DNA from: a virus
Taxonomy: Duplodnaviria > Heunggongvirae > Uroviricota > Caudoviricetes
Length of the DNA: 64,000 nucleotides
IMG/VR virus record: IMGVR_UViG_3300044630_002233
Span: 7,787 to 71,786 of that record
Direction: 5' to 3' (one strand)
The first letter of the stretch is position 1; the number at the start of each line of letters is the position of its first letter. A program made the translations under genes and the position numbers. Below, piece by piece: positions 44,508 through 54,958 of the stretch. The notes beneath the pieces were generated by a model. It did no database searches. It worked only from the letters and a program-made list of their open reading frames with translations, and was not told the origin of the DNA.

Positions 44508-45041
44508 TTACAAGAACTTGTAGTATGAGAATTTAAACGTAGCAGTTGCTCCAATGTACTGTACGTCTTGGTTTTGCGTTTGGAAAATCATTGACGATAA
44601 ACTTACAGGAAAACAATCATAGAACTGCACGAGTTGATTATCTGTATTCACGTTTGTTAAGATTTGCAAAGTAGCATCAGAATAGTTTGATGCCAATTCG
44701 CTGATATTGTTCAACTCAGCAGCATCAACAAAATTTACATATTGAGAGTATGACTCTGGGAATCCAAGAGCAATCATCCAACTATAAATTGCTTTGTAGT
44801 TTTTCATCCTTTCATCAACCATAAAACGAATCTCAAAAGAATCATAGGTTAATGTTTCGCCAGGAACAGGAACACGTGAGAATGGTGTACCAAACTCTGG
44901 CTCACCTAATTGGAGTCCAGGAAGGTTTACTTCTTGTGCGAAAAATGTTAACTCAGGCAATTTCTCAATAGAGAGTTTAAATCCGTTAGGACTTAAAAAA
45001 TTGATATTGTCTGGAACAGGACAGGTTAAAACTTGCGCCAT
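44508..45041 (-). CDS. 3: tail completion / sheath stabiliser protein (gp3-like)
   Basis: 177 aa, positioned directly after gene 23 as in cyanomyophages, with a late promoter upstream. Confidence 0.45.
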   Translation of the reverse strand: MAQVLTCPVPDNINFLSPNGFKLSIEKLPELTFFAQEVNLPGLQLGEPEFGTPFSRVPVPGETLTYDSFEIRFMVDERMKNYKAIYSWMIALGFPESYSQYVNFVDAAELNNISELASNYSDATLQILTNVNTDNQLVQFYDCFPVSLSSMIFQTQNQDVQYIGATATFKFSYYKFL

Positions 45042-45068
45042 AGTGTTATCTCTAATAGGTAATATGAC

Positions 45069-45076
45069 TATTTATA
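45069..45076 (-). promoter_or_regulatory. T4-type late promoter TATAAATA
   Basis: Minus strand reads TATAAATA 28 nt upstream of the gp3-like ATG. Confidence 0.5.
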
Positions 45077-45080
45077 AGAT

Positions 45081-45106
45081 AAAAAAAGAGAGACCGAAGT
45101 CTCTCT
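45081..45106 (-). terminator. Strong intrinsic terminator after the major capsid gene (AGAGAGAC-TTCG-GTCTCTCT plus T7)
   Basis: Minus strand reads AGAGAGACTTCGGTCTCTCTTTTTTTAT. Confidence 0.7.
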
Positions 45107-45139
45107 TTTAAATACCACTCTTATTGGTGGCTCAACCAA

Positions 45140-46471
45140 TTACATTAGGTTGTTTACACGTACCTTGCGGTAGTAGTAGTTTTCGCCAGCAACCATGTTG
45201 CCAGAACCGTCCAATTGAACGAATGGATTTGAGACCATGCCGTAGCGAGTCTTGAAACCAATCTTTGGTTGGAAAGTAGCTGGGTCGATTGCACGAACCA
45301 ATTGTAGAGGAACGTATGGGCAGTAGAACAAACCAGCATCGAATGCTGAAGTGCCTTTGTAACCAACCACGAAGAACTGTTGACCAGTACCTGCAGATGC
45401 GTTAGCAACTGTATATGGATCAACATAAACTTTGTAGCGACCATTTAGAACACCAGCGAAAGTTGTTGAAGACTCATCAACATTCAAACCGTTGTTGCCA
45501 GCAAGAGCTGGAGTATAGTCAAGAACACCAGCCATAGCCATTGCAGAAGCAACATCGCTAGAGCAGATGATGAAGTTACCACGTCCACGACGAGTTTGTT
45601 GAGCAATTGCGTTTGCTTCACGCTCGATTTGGAATAGCAAGCCTTTGAACTTCTCAACAGACCAACGACCGTTAGCGTCAACGTCTAAGTCGAATACGCC
45701 AGGAGCTGCTGTTCCAGCTTGAGCACCAACCTTAGCAGAAGAGTACACAGTACGTACAACTTCACGGTTGATTTCAGCCAAGATTTCTGTTGAAAGGATG
45801 CTTGACAATTCGCCTTCAGCATCAAGACCATGAACTGATTTCAAGTCTTGTGCTAGTTCGATTGTGTATTCAGCTTTCAAAGCACGTGTCTTTGCAGTCA
45901 CGCTAGTTTTCTCGATAGAGAAAGCCATTTCATTGAAAGTGTTAGCGCCACCAAGATCTTCAGCAGTAGCTGTAGACATACCACGACCGATGTCATAGTT
46001 AGCATCGTATGGGTTGTTGCCACGCTGACCTTGATAACCAGCAGTGCCACTATCACGGTCACCAGTACCAGAGAATAGTGTATCTGCTTCGTTGTAAAGA
46101 GCTTCAGTGCCGTTTTGTGCGCTGTATTTGCTCTTCATTGCGAAGATAAGACCAGTTGGTTGTGTCATTGGCTGAACACCGCAAATGTCATAAGCGATCA
46201 TTTGTGGAGCTGCACGACGTACTAGGCTGATTAGAACTGGGTCATAGCCAGCCATATTAGCATTAGTACCTGCGCCACCAAGAGAGATACCAGCGCCTGC
46301 AGCGTTAACTGGAGTTGTCTCAAATAGTTGTTGACGTTCTTCTTTAAGAGCCTTTTCTTGGTTCTCTAGTAGAACTGCTGTAACTTCCTTACGGTAGTTA
46401 TCTTTAATTGTTGGCATTGATTCATGTTCTAGAATCGGTGCCCATTTTTTTAATAGATCTGTGCGGTCCAT
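45140..46471 (-). CDS. 23: major capsid protein (gp23)
   Basis: 443 aa; flanked by scaffold, protease and portal genes in T4 order. HK97-fold-like Gly/Ala-rich composition. Confidence 0.8.
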   Translation of the reverse strand: MDRTDLLKKWAPILEHESMPTIKDNYRKEVTAVLLENQEKALKEERQQLFETTPVNAAGAGISLGGAGTNANMAGYDPVLISLVRRAAPQMIAYDICGVQPMTQPTGLIFAMKSKYSAQNGTEALYNEADTLFSGTGDRDSGTAGYQGQRGNNPYDANYDIGRGMSTATAEDLGGANTFNEMAFSIEKTSVTAKTRALKAEYTIELAQDLKSVHGLDAEGELSSILSTEILAEINREVVRTVYSSAKVGAQAGTAAPGVFDLDVDANGRWSVEKFKGLLFQIEREANAIAQQTRRGRGNFIICSSDVASAMAMAGVLDYTPALAGNNGLNVDESSTTFAGVLNGRYKVYVDPYTVANASAGTGQQFFVVGYKGTSAFDAGLFYCPYVPLQLVRAIDPATFQPKIGFKTRYGMVSNPFVQLDGSGNMVAGENYYYRKVRVNNLM

Positions 46472-46496
46472 TGTTTACTCCTAATGTGGATTGTTA

Positions 46497-47504
46497 TTAT
46501 TTCTTGATACTGTTAAATGCAGTTAGATAAGCACTGATAGATGGGTCAACGACCTTCTCTTCTTTTAGCTCTTCTACTGCGCTGTCTGTTACAACAGACT
46601 TAACTTCTGAAGTTGCCTTCTTAGTAAAGTAGTTTTCACGTATTGTCTGAAGTTTTGTCTTAAATGATTCAGCATCATCATAAGCCAATTCTTCTGCTAA
46701 AGACTTAAACTTCTCTACTTCTGTGTCAGCCATGTCTTTAACATAAGCATCAATTGTTGCCTGACGAGCAGACTCATTGATTGACTTTGTCAACTCAACA
46801 TTCTTAGCGACAGTTTCGTCAAGTTTGGATTCAAGAGACTGAAGTTTTTCTTCCATGTCTGCCAATACATCGAAACGCTCTTCAGGAATTTCAATGTAAG
46901 ACTCTTGGAAAGCAACTTTAATCTTCTCGATAAAGTCTTCCATAATTTCAGACTTAATACCAGATTCAAGGGCAAGTTCATTATCTGCAATCCACTGCTC
47001 AACCATATAGTTGAGATATCCATCAACCTTTTCAACAAGACCCTCTTTGAAGCTCTCAACTTGCTCAGCAAGTTTTGCATCAAACTCTTCTTCGAGTTTA
47101 GCGACTTCTTGCTTAACTCGAGTAACTACTGCTGCTTCAAAAATTGTTGCAGCTTTAGTTTTAAATTCTTCTGAAAGACCTTCACCGTTAACAAGAGCAG
47201 CTACATCTTCGCTGACATCAACTGTGATTTCTCTTTCTTTCTTCTCGTCAACGATTTCTTCTTCAACGATCTCTTCTTCTACTAGAGTTTCATCTTCGAT
47301 TGTTTCGTCTTCTTCTTTTACTGCTTTAAGATTTGATGATTCTGGAGCTGAAGCATTGCTCTTAACATCACCTTTCTTAGTTGTTGGTGCTGTTGGCTCG
47401 CGAACATCATTTCTCTTATTGTCTGGATTTTGTTCTTCGCCCAACGATGCCTGCAGCTTTTGTGATTCAGCTAGCATCTCGGCAATTTTCTTTTCAATTG
47501 ACAT
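46497..47504 (-). CDS. 22: prohead scaffold protein (gp22)
   Basis: Highly acidic coiled-coil protein (EEEIVEEEIVDE) between the protease and capsid genes. Confidence 0.75.
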   Translation of the reverse strand: MSIEKKIAEMLAESQKLQASLGEEQNPDNKRNDVREPTAPTTKKGDVKSNASAPESSNLKAVKEEDETIEDETLVEEEIVEEEIVDEKKEREITVDVSEDVAALVNGEGLSEEFKTKAATIFEAAVVTRVKQEVAKLEEEFDAKLAEQVESFKEGLVEKVDGYLNYMVEQWIADNELALESGIKSEIMEDFIEKIKVAFQESYIEIPEERFDVLADMEEKLQSLESKLDETVAKNVELTKSINESARQATIDAYVKDMADTEVEKFKSLAEELAYDDAESFKTKLQTIRENYFTKKATSEVKSVVTDSAVEELKEEKVVDPSISAYLTAFNSIKK

Positions 47505-47541
47505 CTTTGGTCTCCTGTAACTGGATGAGTTCTATTGTAAT

Positions 47542-47549
47542 TATTTATA
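47542..47549 (-). promoter_or_regulatory. T4-type late promoter TATAAATA upstream of the scaffold gene
   Basis: Minus strand reads TATAAATA in the 47-nt gap between the protease and scaffold genes. Confidence 0.45.
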
Positions 47550-47551
47550 AA

Positions 47552-48205
47552 TTATTTGATTTTACTCAAAAAATTCTGGAAAGCACGGATCTTGGCTTCC
47601 GTTAAATTCTTCGATGATGTCTTACGTATTACACGCTTAACTTCATCTATATGTTTCTCCACAAATTTCCCATCAACGAAAACCCACTCCTTACCTTCCA
47701 TAATGCCACGAACGAAAGCATCTGGTGCTGAAGGGTCGGCAACGATATCTGCTGCGGTTGACAACATGAAATCGTCTTGAACAATTTGTACACCGTCTTT
47801 GTTTTCTTTAAGTGAACCCATTGCTCTTGAAGAAACACCTAGATTTGCGCCACCGTCTAAAAGACCTCTAGCGATCATACCGTTTGGTGTTTCTAAAATC
47901 TTTGCTCTACCAACGTAGTTACTACCTTCCTTGCGCAATGATGTAATCATATGCGAAACAAGATGAAGGTTAATGCCTGGACCGTCTGGATGTCCCAGTT
48001 CGCCAAAGGCACGATTATTCTGCACTGTTTCTTCCATGTAACGAGCAACTTCTTTATCCATAATTTCAGATGGATACATGCGACCGTTACGGTTTTTAAT
48101 ATCAGCTTGCAAGAAGATACCTTCAATAAAGTAGTCTTTTTTCTTTCCTACTTTTTCTTCTACAACAAACTTAATGTCTTGTACTTCTTCTCTAATGAGT
48201 TTCAT
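47552..48205 (-). CDS. 21: prohead protease (gp21)
   Basis: GELGHPDGPG motif, size 217 aa, and position match T4 gp21. Confidence 0.8.
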   Translation of the reverse strand: MKLIREEVQDIKFVVEEKVGKKKDYFIEGIFLQADIKNRNGRMYPSEIMDKEVARYMEETVQNNRAFGELGHPDGPGINLHLVSHMITSLRKEGSNYVGRAKILETPNGMIARGLLDGGANLGVSSRAMGSLKENKDGVQIVQDDFMLSTAADIVADPSAPDAFVRGIMEGKEWVFVDGKFVEKHIDEVKRVIRKTSSKNLTEAKIRAFQNFLSKIK

Positions 48206-48208
48206 TGA

Positions 48209-48616
48209 TTAACTCCCTACAACAGTTTCGTCATCATAGATACCGAAAGCTGCAGTTTCGATTGGATCATTATATCCATCAATTTTCTTAAGGTGTAACA
48301 GAATCATTCCTGCGCCACCAAAGGTAACAACGATATCGTGTGTTTCTTGATCGGTAATAACCCACTCAGCATCGATATGATCGCCACCACCAAAGTAGTT
48401 AGCAACCACTACGCTGTTTCTTGTTAAACTTACATTCGCAGCTGTGCTAAAATAAGCAGCTGAAATATAAACCTTTTGGGCTGCGCCTAATGTTTCGTTT
48501 GTAAGTTTAAGATCGGTTTGAAGGTCAATCGTTGATGTGTCATTCGCAGCTGTCGCAACGATTCTAACGATCGCATCTTTATTTGTTTTCTTTGTTACTG
48601 TTTTAGTAGCAGCCAT
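48209..48616 (-). CDS. hypothetical virion protein (135 aa)
   Basis: ORF between the prohead core and protease genes. Confidence 0.4.
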   Translation of the reverse strand: MAATKTVTKKTNKDAIVRIVATAANDTSTIDLQTDLKLTNETLGAAQKVYISAAYFSTAANVSLTRNSVVVANYFGGGDHIDAEWVITDQETHDIVVTFGGAGMILLHLKKIDGYNDPIETAAFGIYDDETVVGS

Positions 48617-48619
48617 TTC

Positions 48620-49165
48620 TTACCCTTTAATGTCTCTAACAATACGCATAAAATTATCCTTAGATTCTCTCATGTACTCAACTATCTCGGGACGGTCTTT
48701 CAATAACATATTTAGGTTAGATTGAGTAGATTCGTCAATAGCAACTACAGTACCATCTTCTAGCGTATAGTCTAATTTTCCAGCGATTAGCGTAGAGCCT
48801 GTCTTCATTTCAAGAATAACAGGGTCTACTGTAAAAATGTTAGAAGAAGCCAATTCAATATATGACTCGATCAAAGTATCGGTTATCTTTTCTATATTGT
48901 AGTGTTTCTTAATATATGACGCTACTTTATTTTCTGGTATTGTTATATCGATACTTTCTAATATTTCTTGTGTAGATATATGCTCTTTACTGTATTCTCT
49001 GGCTTCTTCTAAACTCGAAAATTCTACATCTAACTTTTCGCCATTAATGTATACAGATAGATCTGACGTAATTTTTACATTAGATCTATTCTTACCGTAT
49101 AAAAAAGATTCTGCGATGTTCGTCGCACCTAAAATCTTTTTTCTTAATGACGAAAACTGTAGCAT
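48620..49165 (-). CDS. prohead core protein (gp68-like)
   Basis: Position between the portal and protease genes; acidic 181-aa protein. Confidence 0.4.
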   Translation of the reverse strand: MLQFSSLRKKILGATNIAESFLYGKNRSNVKITSDLSVYINGEKLDVEFSSLEEAREYSKEHISTQEILESIDITIPENKVASYIKKHYNIEKITDTLIESYIELASSNIFTVDPVILEMKTGSTLIAGKLDYTLEDGTVVAIDESTQSNLNMLLKDRPEIVEYMRESKDNFMRIVRDIKG

Positions 49166-49169
49166 TAGA

Positions 49170-49346
49170 TTACTCTTCTACAGCGGTTTCTGTTTCTTCT
49201 GAACTTTGGAACATTGTTTGTGCAAGATCCACTTTCATTTGGTTTAACTTTTCAGCAACACGTTCTGCAACGCATGAATTAAATGCGGATTCCATGTCGA
49301 CTGATTTACCAGCAACCATAGCATCAACTAAATCTCTTGTACTCAT
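49170..49346 (-). CDS. small acidic prohead core protein (gp67-like, 58 aa)
   Basis: Hand translation gives MSTRDLVDAMVAGKSVDMESAFNSCVAERVAEKLNQMKVDLAQTMFQSSEETETAVEE, with an AAGGAG RBS. Absent from the ORF track. Confidence 0.45.
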   Translation of the reverse strand: MSTRDLVDAMVAGKSVDMESAFNSCVAERVAEKLNQMKVDLAQTMFQSSEETETAVEE

Positions 49347-49358
49347 CTGTTATTCTCC

Positions 49359-50906
49359 TTAAGGAACATTCTGTGTTTCACCATCAGCTTCTGGGGCAAT
49401 CTCATCAGGTTGTTGCGTAACTGGTGTTGGCGCAAACTGTAACTGAGAAATTTTCTCTTGCTCACTATCAATCTGACCATCGATCTCTTCGATCTCTTCG
49501 TCTGTTTGATGTAAGACGTTCTTACGAACCCACTCGACTGAATAATATTTACCAACGTAAGGTTCAACTGCTTGAAGCATGTTTAGTCGACCTTGTAAAA
49601 TTTCAGTACCTTTTAACTCTGCGAAGAAGTTATCCTTCATAAAGTCAAATTTAATATCCTGCTCTAACGATAAATCTTCCCAATCATCTGGGCTAATAAT
49701 AGACTTAGCAATTAGCTGTACTCTTAATGTATCTAAGAATACCTTTGAAAACTTTTTACGTAGACGATTAATAAATTTACTAAACTTAACTTCGTCACGT
49801 GTAATCTCAGATGCTTTACCTAAGGTAAATCCTGTATCTTGTCTTAGACGTGTTACAGGAACACTTAATGCTTGATAAAGTTTATTTTGGAAATATTCAA
49901 CGTCTTCGATGTTTGCTAAACTTTGACCACCTTGTAGCGTAGTAATCTCAGTTCCTTTACCACCTTCACGACGTGGCATCCAAAAGTCTTCAAGCATACT
50001 AAGGTGTTTTCTGTCATCTTTGACTTCACCTGTAGTAGCATCATAAACAACTTTATTCTTAAACTTATTCATAATGTCGTTAACATATTGCTCAGCTTTT
50101 AACTTAGGCAAGTTACCGACATCAATATAGAAAACTCTACGCTCTGGTGCTCTAGTAATTCTATAGATGACCAAAGAGTCTTCAATCATCTTAAGTTGAT
50201 TTACTGGTTTAATTGCTTTATGCAAATGACTTAATGTCATACCAGTGTTATTATCAACTACACCTGAAGGAACAAAAATTACAGAATCGAGTGAAAGTCT
50301 GATTCCTTGTGTTCTACCTTCAGTAATACCTTTGTCGTTATAGATGTAGTATTCTTCAACACCTGTAACAATCTCAGCACCATTTTGTCCACGCTCTTTA
50401 ATAACTTCTTTAATCTTACGGATCTTGCGTGGATCAATAAATCTTAATTCAATAATGCCATCTTTTGGCTTATTGACGTCTAATAAAATATGGTAATAGA
50501 GTCTGCCATCTATGTACCATGAACGAAACATGTCATTGCATTTCTCTTCAAATTTTAACACCTTAAGAATATTAGCAAATTCGTCTTGAATTTTATTCTT
50601 AATACTTGGCGATAATTTGACATGATCTAGTACAATGTTAACTGGAGACTTATTGTCTTCAGATACAATCGCTTCGTTTACAATATCTTCAATTGCTGCA
50701 TCGCAATCTGGATATTGTGCGATCTCTCTATACTTCTTAATAAGATCGTTCTCGTTCTTGATTAAAGAATCTAGATCAAGAACCATCCCATAGTAACCAC
50801 CAGCACTGTTTACGATCGTGCTGCCATCGTCAGGAGATGGCAAGACGATGCTTGCCACCTCTTTCTGTTTCTTTCGCTTTATCTCAAAACCAAATAATTC
50901 AGCCAT
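49359..50906 (-). CDS. 20: portal vertex protein (gp20)
   Basis: 515 aa, directly upstream of the core/protease genes and downstream of the tail tube gene, in T4 order. Confidence 0.8.
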   Translation of the reverse strand: MAELFGFEIKRKKQKEVASIVLPSPDDGSTIVNSAGGYYGMVLDLDSLIKNENDLIKKYREIAQYPDCDAAIEDIVNEAIVSEDNKSPVNIVLDHVKLSPSIKNKIQDEFANILKVLKFEEKCNDMFRSWYIDGRLYYHILLDVNKPKDGIIELRFIDPRKIRKIKEVIKERGQNGAEIVTGVEEYYIYNDKGITEGRTQGIRLSLDSVIFVPSGVVDNNTGMTLSHLHKAIKPVNQLKMIEDSLVIYRITRAPERRVFYIDVGNLPKLKAEQYVNDIMNKFKNKVVYDATTGEVKDDRKHLSMLEDFWMPRREGGKGTEITTLQGGQSLANIEDVEYFQNKLYQALSVPVTRLRQDTGFTLGKASEITRDEVKFSKFINRLRKKFSKVFLDTLRVQLIAKSIISPDDWEDLSLEQDIKFDFMKDNFFAELKGTEILQGRLNMLQAVEPYVGKYYSVEWVRKNVLHQTDEEIEEIDGQIDSEQEKISQLQFAPTPVTQQPDEIAPEADGETQNVP

Positions 50907-50942
50907 TCTGACCTACTCTCAAATAATTATAAAAAAAATGTA

Positions 50943-51536
50943 TTAGATACGGATTGGTAGTGAACCGATCGGTGTATCGATCGATACGTTCACGCCAATA
51001 CCAGATGCTGTCGCAGTATTAGATGACCAGAAGTTGTATGTAAATTCTACTTCGAATTCTTCGATAGCATTTGTTGTATCAAAACTTAAAGCAATCGCTC
51101 CAATGTTTGTTGGATATGCATCCACAAATTTGTAAGTCTTAATGATACCACCGTTACGGTCTAGCTGATGCACGTTCAAGTCAACTTGATAATCACGTGG
51201 GTTAGTTCTACCGTTTGTAGTTGTCAAGTTTTGAACACCGTTTGACCATTGTTCGAACGCATTGCGAATATTGAATGTTGTGTCATTAATAATCGAAACA
51301 GTCCATGGAGCAAACGTACGCTCGCCAGCAAAGTGAACAGCACGACCACGATATTGGACAGGGATGTCTTCAATCGTAGCAGCAGGTAATTGCGCAGCTT
51401 TACATAAAAACTGAGCACGAGTACCTGCGATAATCCCAGCAGTAACATATGAAGGGAAAGCAAGTTCTACACGGAACTGGTTAGGACGAGCACCGCCTCC
51501 AACCAGTTGCGCTTTAAAATCAGCAATATTTGCCAT
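50943..51536 (-). CDS. 19: tail tube protein (gp19)
   Basis: ARPNQFRVE ... FLCKAAQLPA ... AGERTFAPWTVSIIND ... AYPTNIGAIALSFD ... EEFEV parallels T4 gp19. Confidence 0.85.
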   Translation of the reverse strand: MANIADFKAQLVGGGARPNQFRVELAFPSYVTAGIIAGTRAQFLCKAAQLPAATIEDIPVQYRGRAVHFAGERTFAPWTVSIINDTTFNIRNAFEQWSNGVQNLTTTNGRTNPRDYQVDLNVHQLDRNGGIIKTYKFVDAYPTNIGAIALSFDTTNAIEEFEVEFTYNFWSSNTATASGIGVNVSIDTPIGSLPIRI

Positions 51537-51574
51537 TTAATATCTCCTTAATTCTTTCTTCTATTATTTAGGTA

Positions 51575-53293
51575 TTATCCACCAATTTCGTTAAAGTTCA
51601 CTGATGAACGTGAAGCAACGAAAGTTAGAGTGATAAAGTTAATAGAACGATTTGGTTTAACGAAGATCTCGGCAACGAATTCATTGCGATCAATTACCTC
51701 GCCAGTGTTGTTAGTGTCATCGCACTTAACACGGAAGTCAGTCACACCACGACGTCCCTGAACGTCACGTAGGAATGGCTCAACTAGGTTACGGAACTGA
51801 GCACGAGTAAACGAATCGTTGAACTCGAACAATTGGAATTTAGCAGCAGTTGCAATCGCTTTTTCAAGAACGATAAACAAGCGACGCACGTTAATTCTAT
51901 CAAACGCACTTGGTGCAGCCAATAGAGTCTTGTCGCCAAATAGAACAGTTCCTTCTCCTGGGAATGTAACAACTGGGTTAACACCTTTCTTGTAAAGTGT
52001 ATCACGTTGTGTCTTACCTGGATTAACTGCCAATTTAACTACGTTCTTAATTTGACCACGATTTAGACCACCTGGAGAGAACCATGGATCTGTTGTGTAA
52101 TCAGTACGAGCACATAGACCAGCTACGTCACCATTCAATGGAACGTAACGGAACTTATCGTTGTAACGGTCGTATTGATATTTGAAACCTGAGTCAAGAA
52201 CTGCGTATGATGAACTTGGTAGAGCATCACGGTATGCAGTAATTTTTGTAATAGCAGCAGCGTCAGAGCCAAGGATGATAGAACCATCAGTGTCTTCTGG
52301 TGAAATGAACACAACGCAATCTTTACGCACTTCTGCAATATTGTTAATAATGTGAGTAGCAACAGTAGAAGATGCTTTACCTGCCATCACTAGAGAAATG
52401 TCATACAATTCATCGTTAGCGAAAATTGTATAAGCAGTTTGTTGATTGCCTGCAGTTGGAGCGAAGTCATCAGCACCACCTGTTAGAGTAATATCTAATG
52501 CAGCAGATAATGCTTTGTACTGAGCAGAACCGATTGTTGTAACAGCAGTACCCCATTCAGCGCCAGTAGAAGCAACAGCAGTTGAGTGATCCATCCACCA
52601 GATATACTTAGATTGGCTGTTAAGCACATCTTTGTAGTAGTTGTTTGAACCATCTAATTTCTTAGCATCAGATGCTTTAGATAGACCAACGAATTTTTCT
52701 AGAACAGTTCCTGCTACACCAGACCATGCACCATTCTTGTCTAGGACTAAAATGTGCAATTCATCTTCAGCACCTGTTTTGCCAGCATTCTTAGCATAAG
52801 GTGAAGTGTCTGGAGAGAACTCAAACTGAGCAGCAACTGCTGGTTGAGCAGTTTGGAAAGCAGACCATGAATCCTTGTCCACTGCGATAACTTCTAAAGA
52901 GTTACCCAATGTTCCTGGATATTTGGCAGCGAACTCACCTACGTTTGCTTGGCCAGTTGCAAAGCTGGAAGCGTAAGTATCTGCATTTTTGATTATGATT
53001 GGTGTACCAGATGACACCGCATTTTTAAGACTTGTACCATCAGTACGAACAACCAACAGGTTATTAGCGTATGATAGGAAGTTTGCTGCTGTCAAGAAAG
53101 GGATAAAATTGTTGTCGGTAGCTTTACCGAATCTGTCAACAAGTTCGTTTTCAGAAGCGATCTGAACAGGATCCTCTACAGGACCCCACGCAAATGCGCC
53201 AGCAAAAGCACCAGCAGAAGTAGATACTGCTGGAACAATTGAAGTGAAATCTTTTTCTACGACTGCAACGCCAGGACTAAGTTGGAAAGGCAT
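51575..53293 (-). CDS. 18: tail sheath protein (gp18)
   Basis: 572 aa, upstream of the tail tube gene and downstream of the terminase gene as in T4. Confidence 0.8.
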   Translation of the reverse strand: MPFQLSPGVAVVEKDFTSIVPAVSTSAGAFAGAFAWGPVEDPVQIASENELVDRFGKATDNNFIPFLTAANFLSYANNLLVVRTDGTSLKNAVSSGTPIIIKNADTYASSFATGQANVGEFAAKYPGTLGNSLEVIAVDKDSWSAFQTAQPAVAAQFEFSPDTSPYAKNAGKTGAEDELHILVLDKNGAWSGVAGTVLEKFVGLSKASDAKKLDGSNNYYKDVLNSQSKYIWWMDHSTAVASTGAEWGTAVTTIGSAQYKALSAALDITLTGGADDFAPTAGNQQTAYTIFANDELYDISLVMAGKASSTVATHIINNIAEVRKDCVVFISPEDTDGSIILGSDAAAITKITAYRDALPSSSYAVLDSGFKYQYDRYNDKFRYVPLNGDVAGLCARTDYTTDPWFSPGGLNRGQIKNVVKLAVNPGKTQRDTLYKKGVNPVVTFPGEGTVLFGDKTLLAAPSAFDRINVRRLFIVLEKAIATAAKFQLFEFNDSFTRAQFRNLVEPFLRDVQGRRGVTDFRVKCDDTNNTGEVIDRNEFVAEIFVKPNRSINFITLTFVASRSSVNFNEIGG

Positions 53294-53377
53294 TGTAATT
53301 CTCCTTATTACATATACATGTTATTTTGTTTGCTGAGGAGCACGGACTGCATAGTATTATTTAGTAATTTCGCATTT

Positions 53378-54958
53378 TTAGAAATTCAAAGGCGCAGCTT
53401 CCTCTTCCCTGCCATCCGAAATAAACCCGAATGGTGTTAACTGTTCTTCTATTGCTTGTATTTGTTTTTCGTATATAACAGTTCTCATATTAACGTCAGT
53501 AAGCTCCTTAAAGTATGGCTGGGTTGACAACCAAGCAAAAAGAACCAAAGTCATAACGATATCGTCATGATAACCGTCATCTGCAGCGAAAGATCCTTTC
53601 GATTCGATGAAAGTTGAAATCTCAGAAATTGCATCAAAGTCCGTGATCAACAATTTCTTCTCTTCAATTAGAGTTTTCAGATTCATGCAACCACGTCTTT
53701 TGACTGCCTTATCCGTGTAAACACCCAACTGAGTCTTACCACCACCAAAGCCACCAGAGACAAATTGCCCCTTTGTGGTTCTGTTGACGAATAATATATT
53801 TTCGTATTCTAATTCGTTGTATAAAATATCAGTAACTTGATCGCTTGTATTTTGTTCTACAAGCACAAAAGCATTATTGTATTCTCTACCCACCTTCTCA
53901 ATTATAGAAGGGTAAAACATAGGACTGACTGAATTATTCCTATATTTAGCTACAATGCGATATGGCACTTCTGTAACATCAGTAACCGTAAACGCACTAT
54001 AATCGCCCTCAACCCCACGAGCAATATCAGCTACCAAGGTATAGACATGCCCTTCTTCTGGAGGGGTGATAACATCAAGTCCATCTTTCTGGAAAACATA
54101 AGGCGATGGCGACATTTGGGCGATAGTATCTGCAGCAATAAGTGTAAGCGCAGAACCAAGAAACTTACAAAGAACCTCTTGGTTGAACTTAATTTCGCCA
54201 AGCTGTCTTCTTTGCTCTTCAGCCCAAACTTCATCTCTACCTGGAATTTTCCAGTAAGGGATGAACATATGTTTAAAGTCGTTTCTACCGTTCTCGGCAT
54301 CATTCCAGAATTTCCAGAAATGATTATATCCAAGAGGTGTAGAAGTAATTAGGATCTTAGTCGTTTTACCAGCAGAAATTGTTGGATAAACGGAAGTAAA
54401 GAAACCCTCAGCAATTTGGTTTGGAATAATCGCTGCTTCGTCAATATACAATAAGTTTACAGACTTAGAACGGATACCCGAAATAGTTGTCGCAGCAGTA
54501 AATACTTTACTACCATTTTCTAATTCAATATCACCTTTGTTCCAAGTGGTAACACCTTGTTGTAACCAAACTGGAAGATTCTCATACATCAACTGATAAC
54601 GAGATAAAATTTCCTGAGCTGTCTTTGCCTTGTTAGCCAACACAGCAACGGTCTTACTATCATTAAAAATGGTATACCATAAAATATATGCAGCAGAAGT
54701 GGTCGTCTTACCTTGCTGACGACCTTCCATCAAGATCACCTTACGTTCATTATGTATAAGTTGAACTTTTTCTTTTTGACAATCATACAACTTAAATGGC
54801 TGTAACCCTTCATCAAGAGTTACAATATAACAGTAGTTGTCAATAAAGTAAATTGGATCTTGCGAACATTTTATATACTCTTGTACTTGCTCTGGCGTAA
54901 ACTCAATTTTTACGCCAGCAGCTTTTACTGAGGCATTCGAATTATAAAAATCAGCCAT
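53378..54958 (-). CDS. 17: terminase large subunit (gp17)
   Basis: ATPase Walker A-like region with Walker B LLYIDEAA, and C-terminal RNaseH-like nuclease aspartates. Confidence 0.85.
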   Translation of the reverse strand: MADFYNSNASVKAAGVKIEFTPEQVQEYIKCSQDPIYFIDNYCYIVTLDEGLQPFKLYDCQKEKVQLIHNERKVILMEGRQQGKTTTSAAYILWYTIFNDSKTVAVLANKAKTAQEILSRYQLMYENLPVWLQQGVTTWNKGDIELENGSKVFTAATTISGIRSKSVNLLYIDEAAIIPNQIAEGFFTSVYPTISAGKTTKILITSTPLGYNHFWKFWNDAENGRNDFKHMFIPYWKIPGRDEVWAEEQRRQLGEIKFNQEVLCKFLGSALTLIAADTIAQMSPSPYVFQKDGLDVITPPEEGHVYTLVADIARGVEGDYSAFTVTDVTEVPYRIVAKYRNNSVSPMFYPSIIEKVGREYNNAFVLVEQNTSDQVTDILYNELEYENILFVNRTTKGQFVSGGFGGGKTQLGVYTDKAVKRRGCMNLKTLIEEKKLLITDFDAISEISTFIESKGSFAADDGYHDDIVMTLVLFAWLSTQPYFKELTDVNMRTVIYEKQIQAIEEQLTPFGFISDGREEEAAPLNF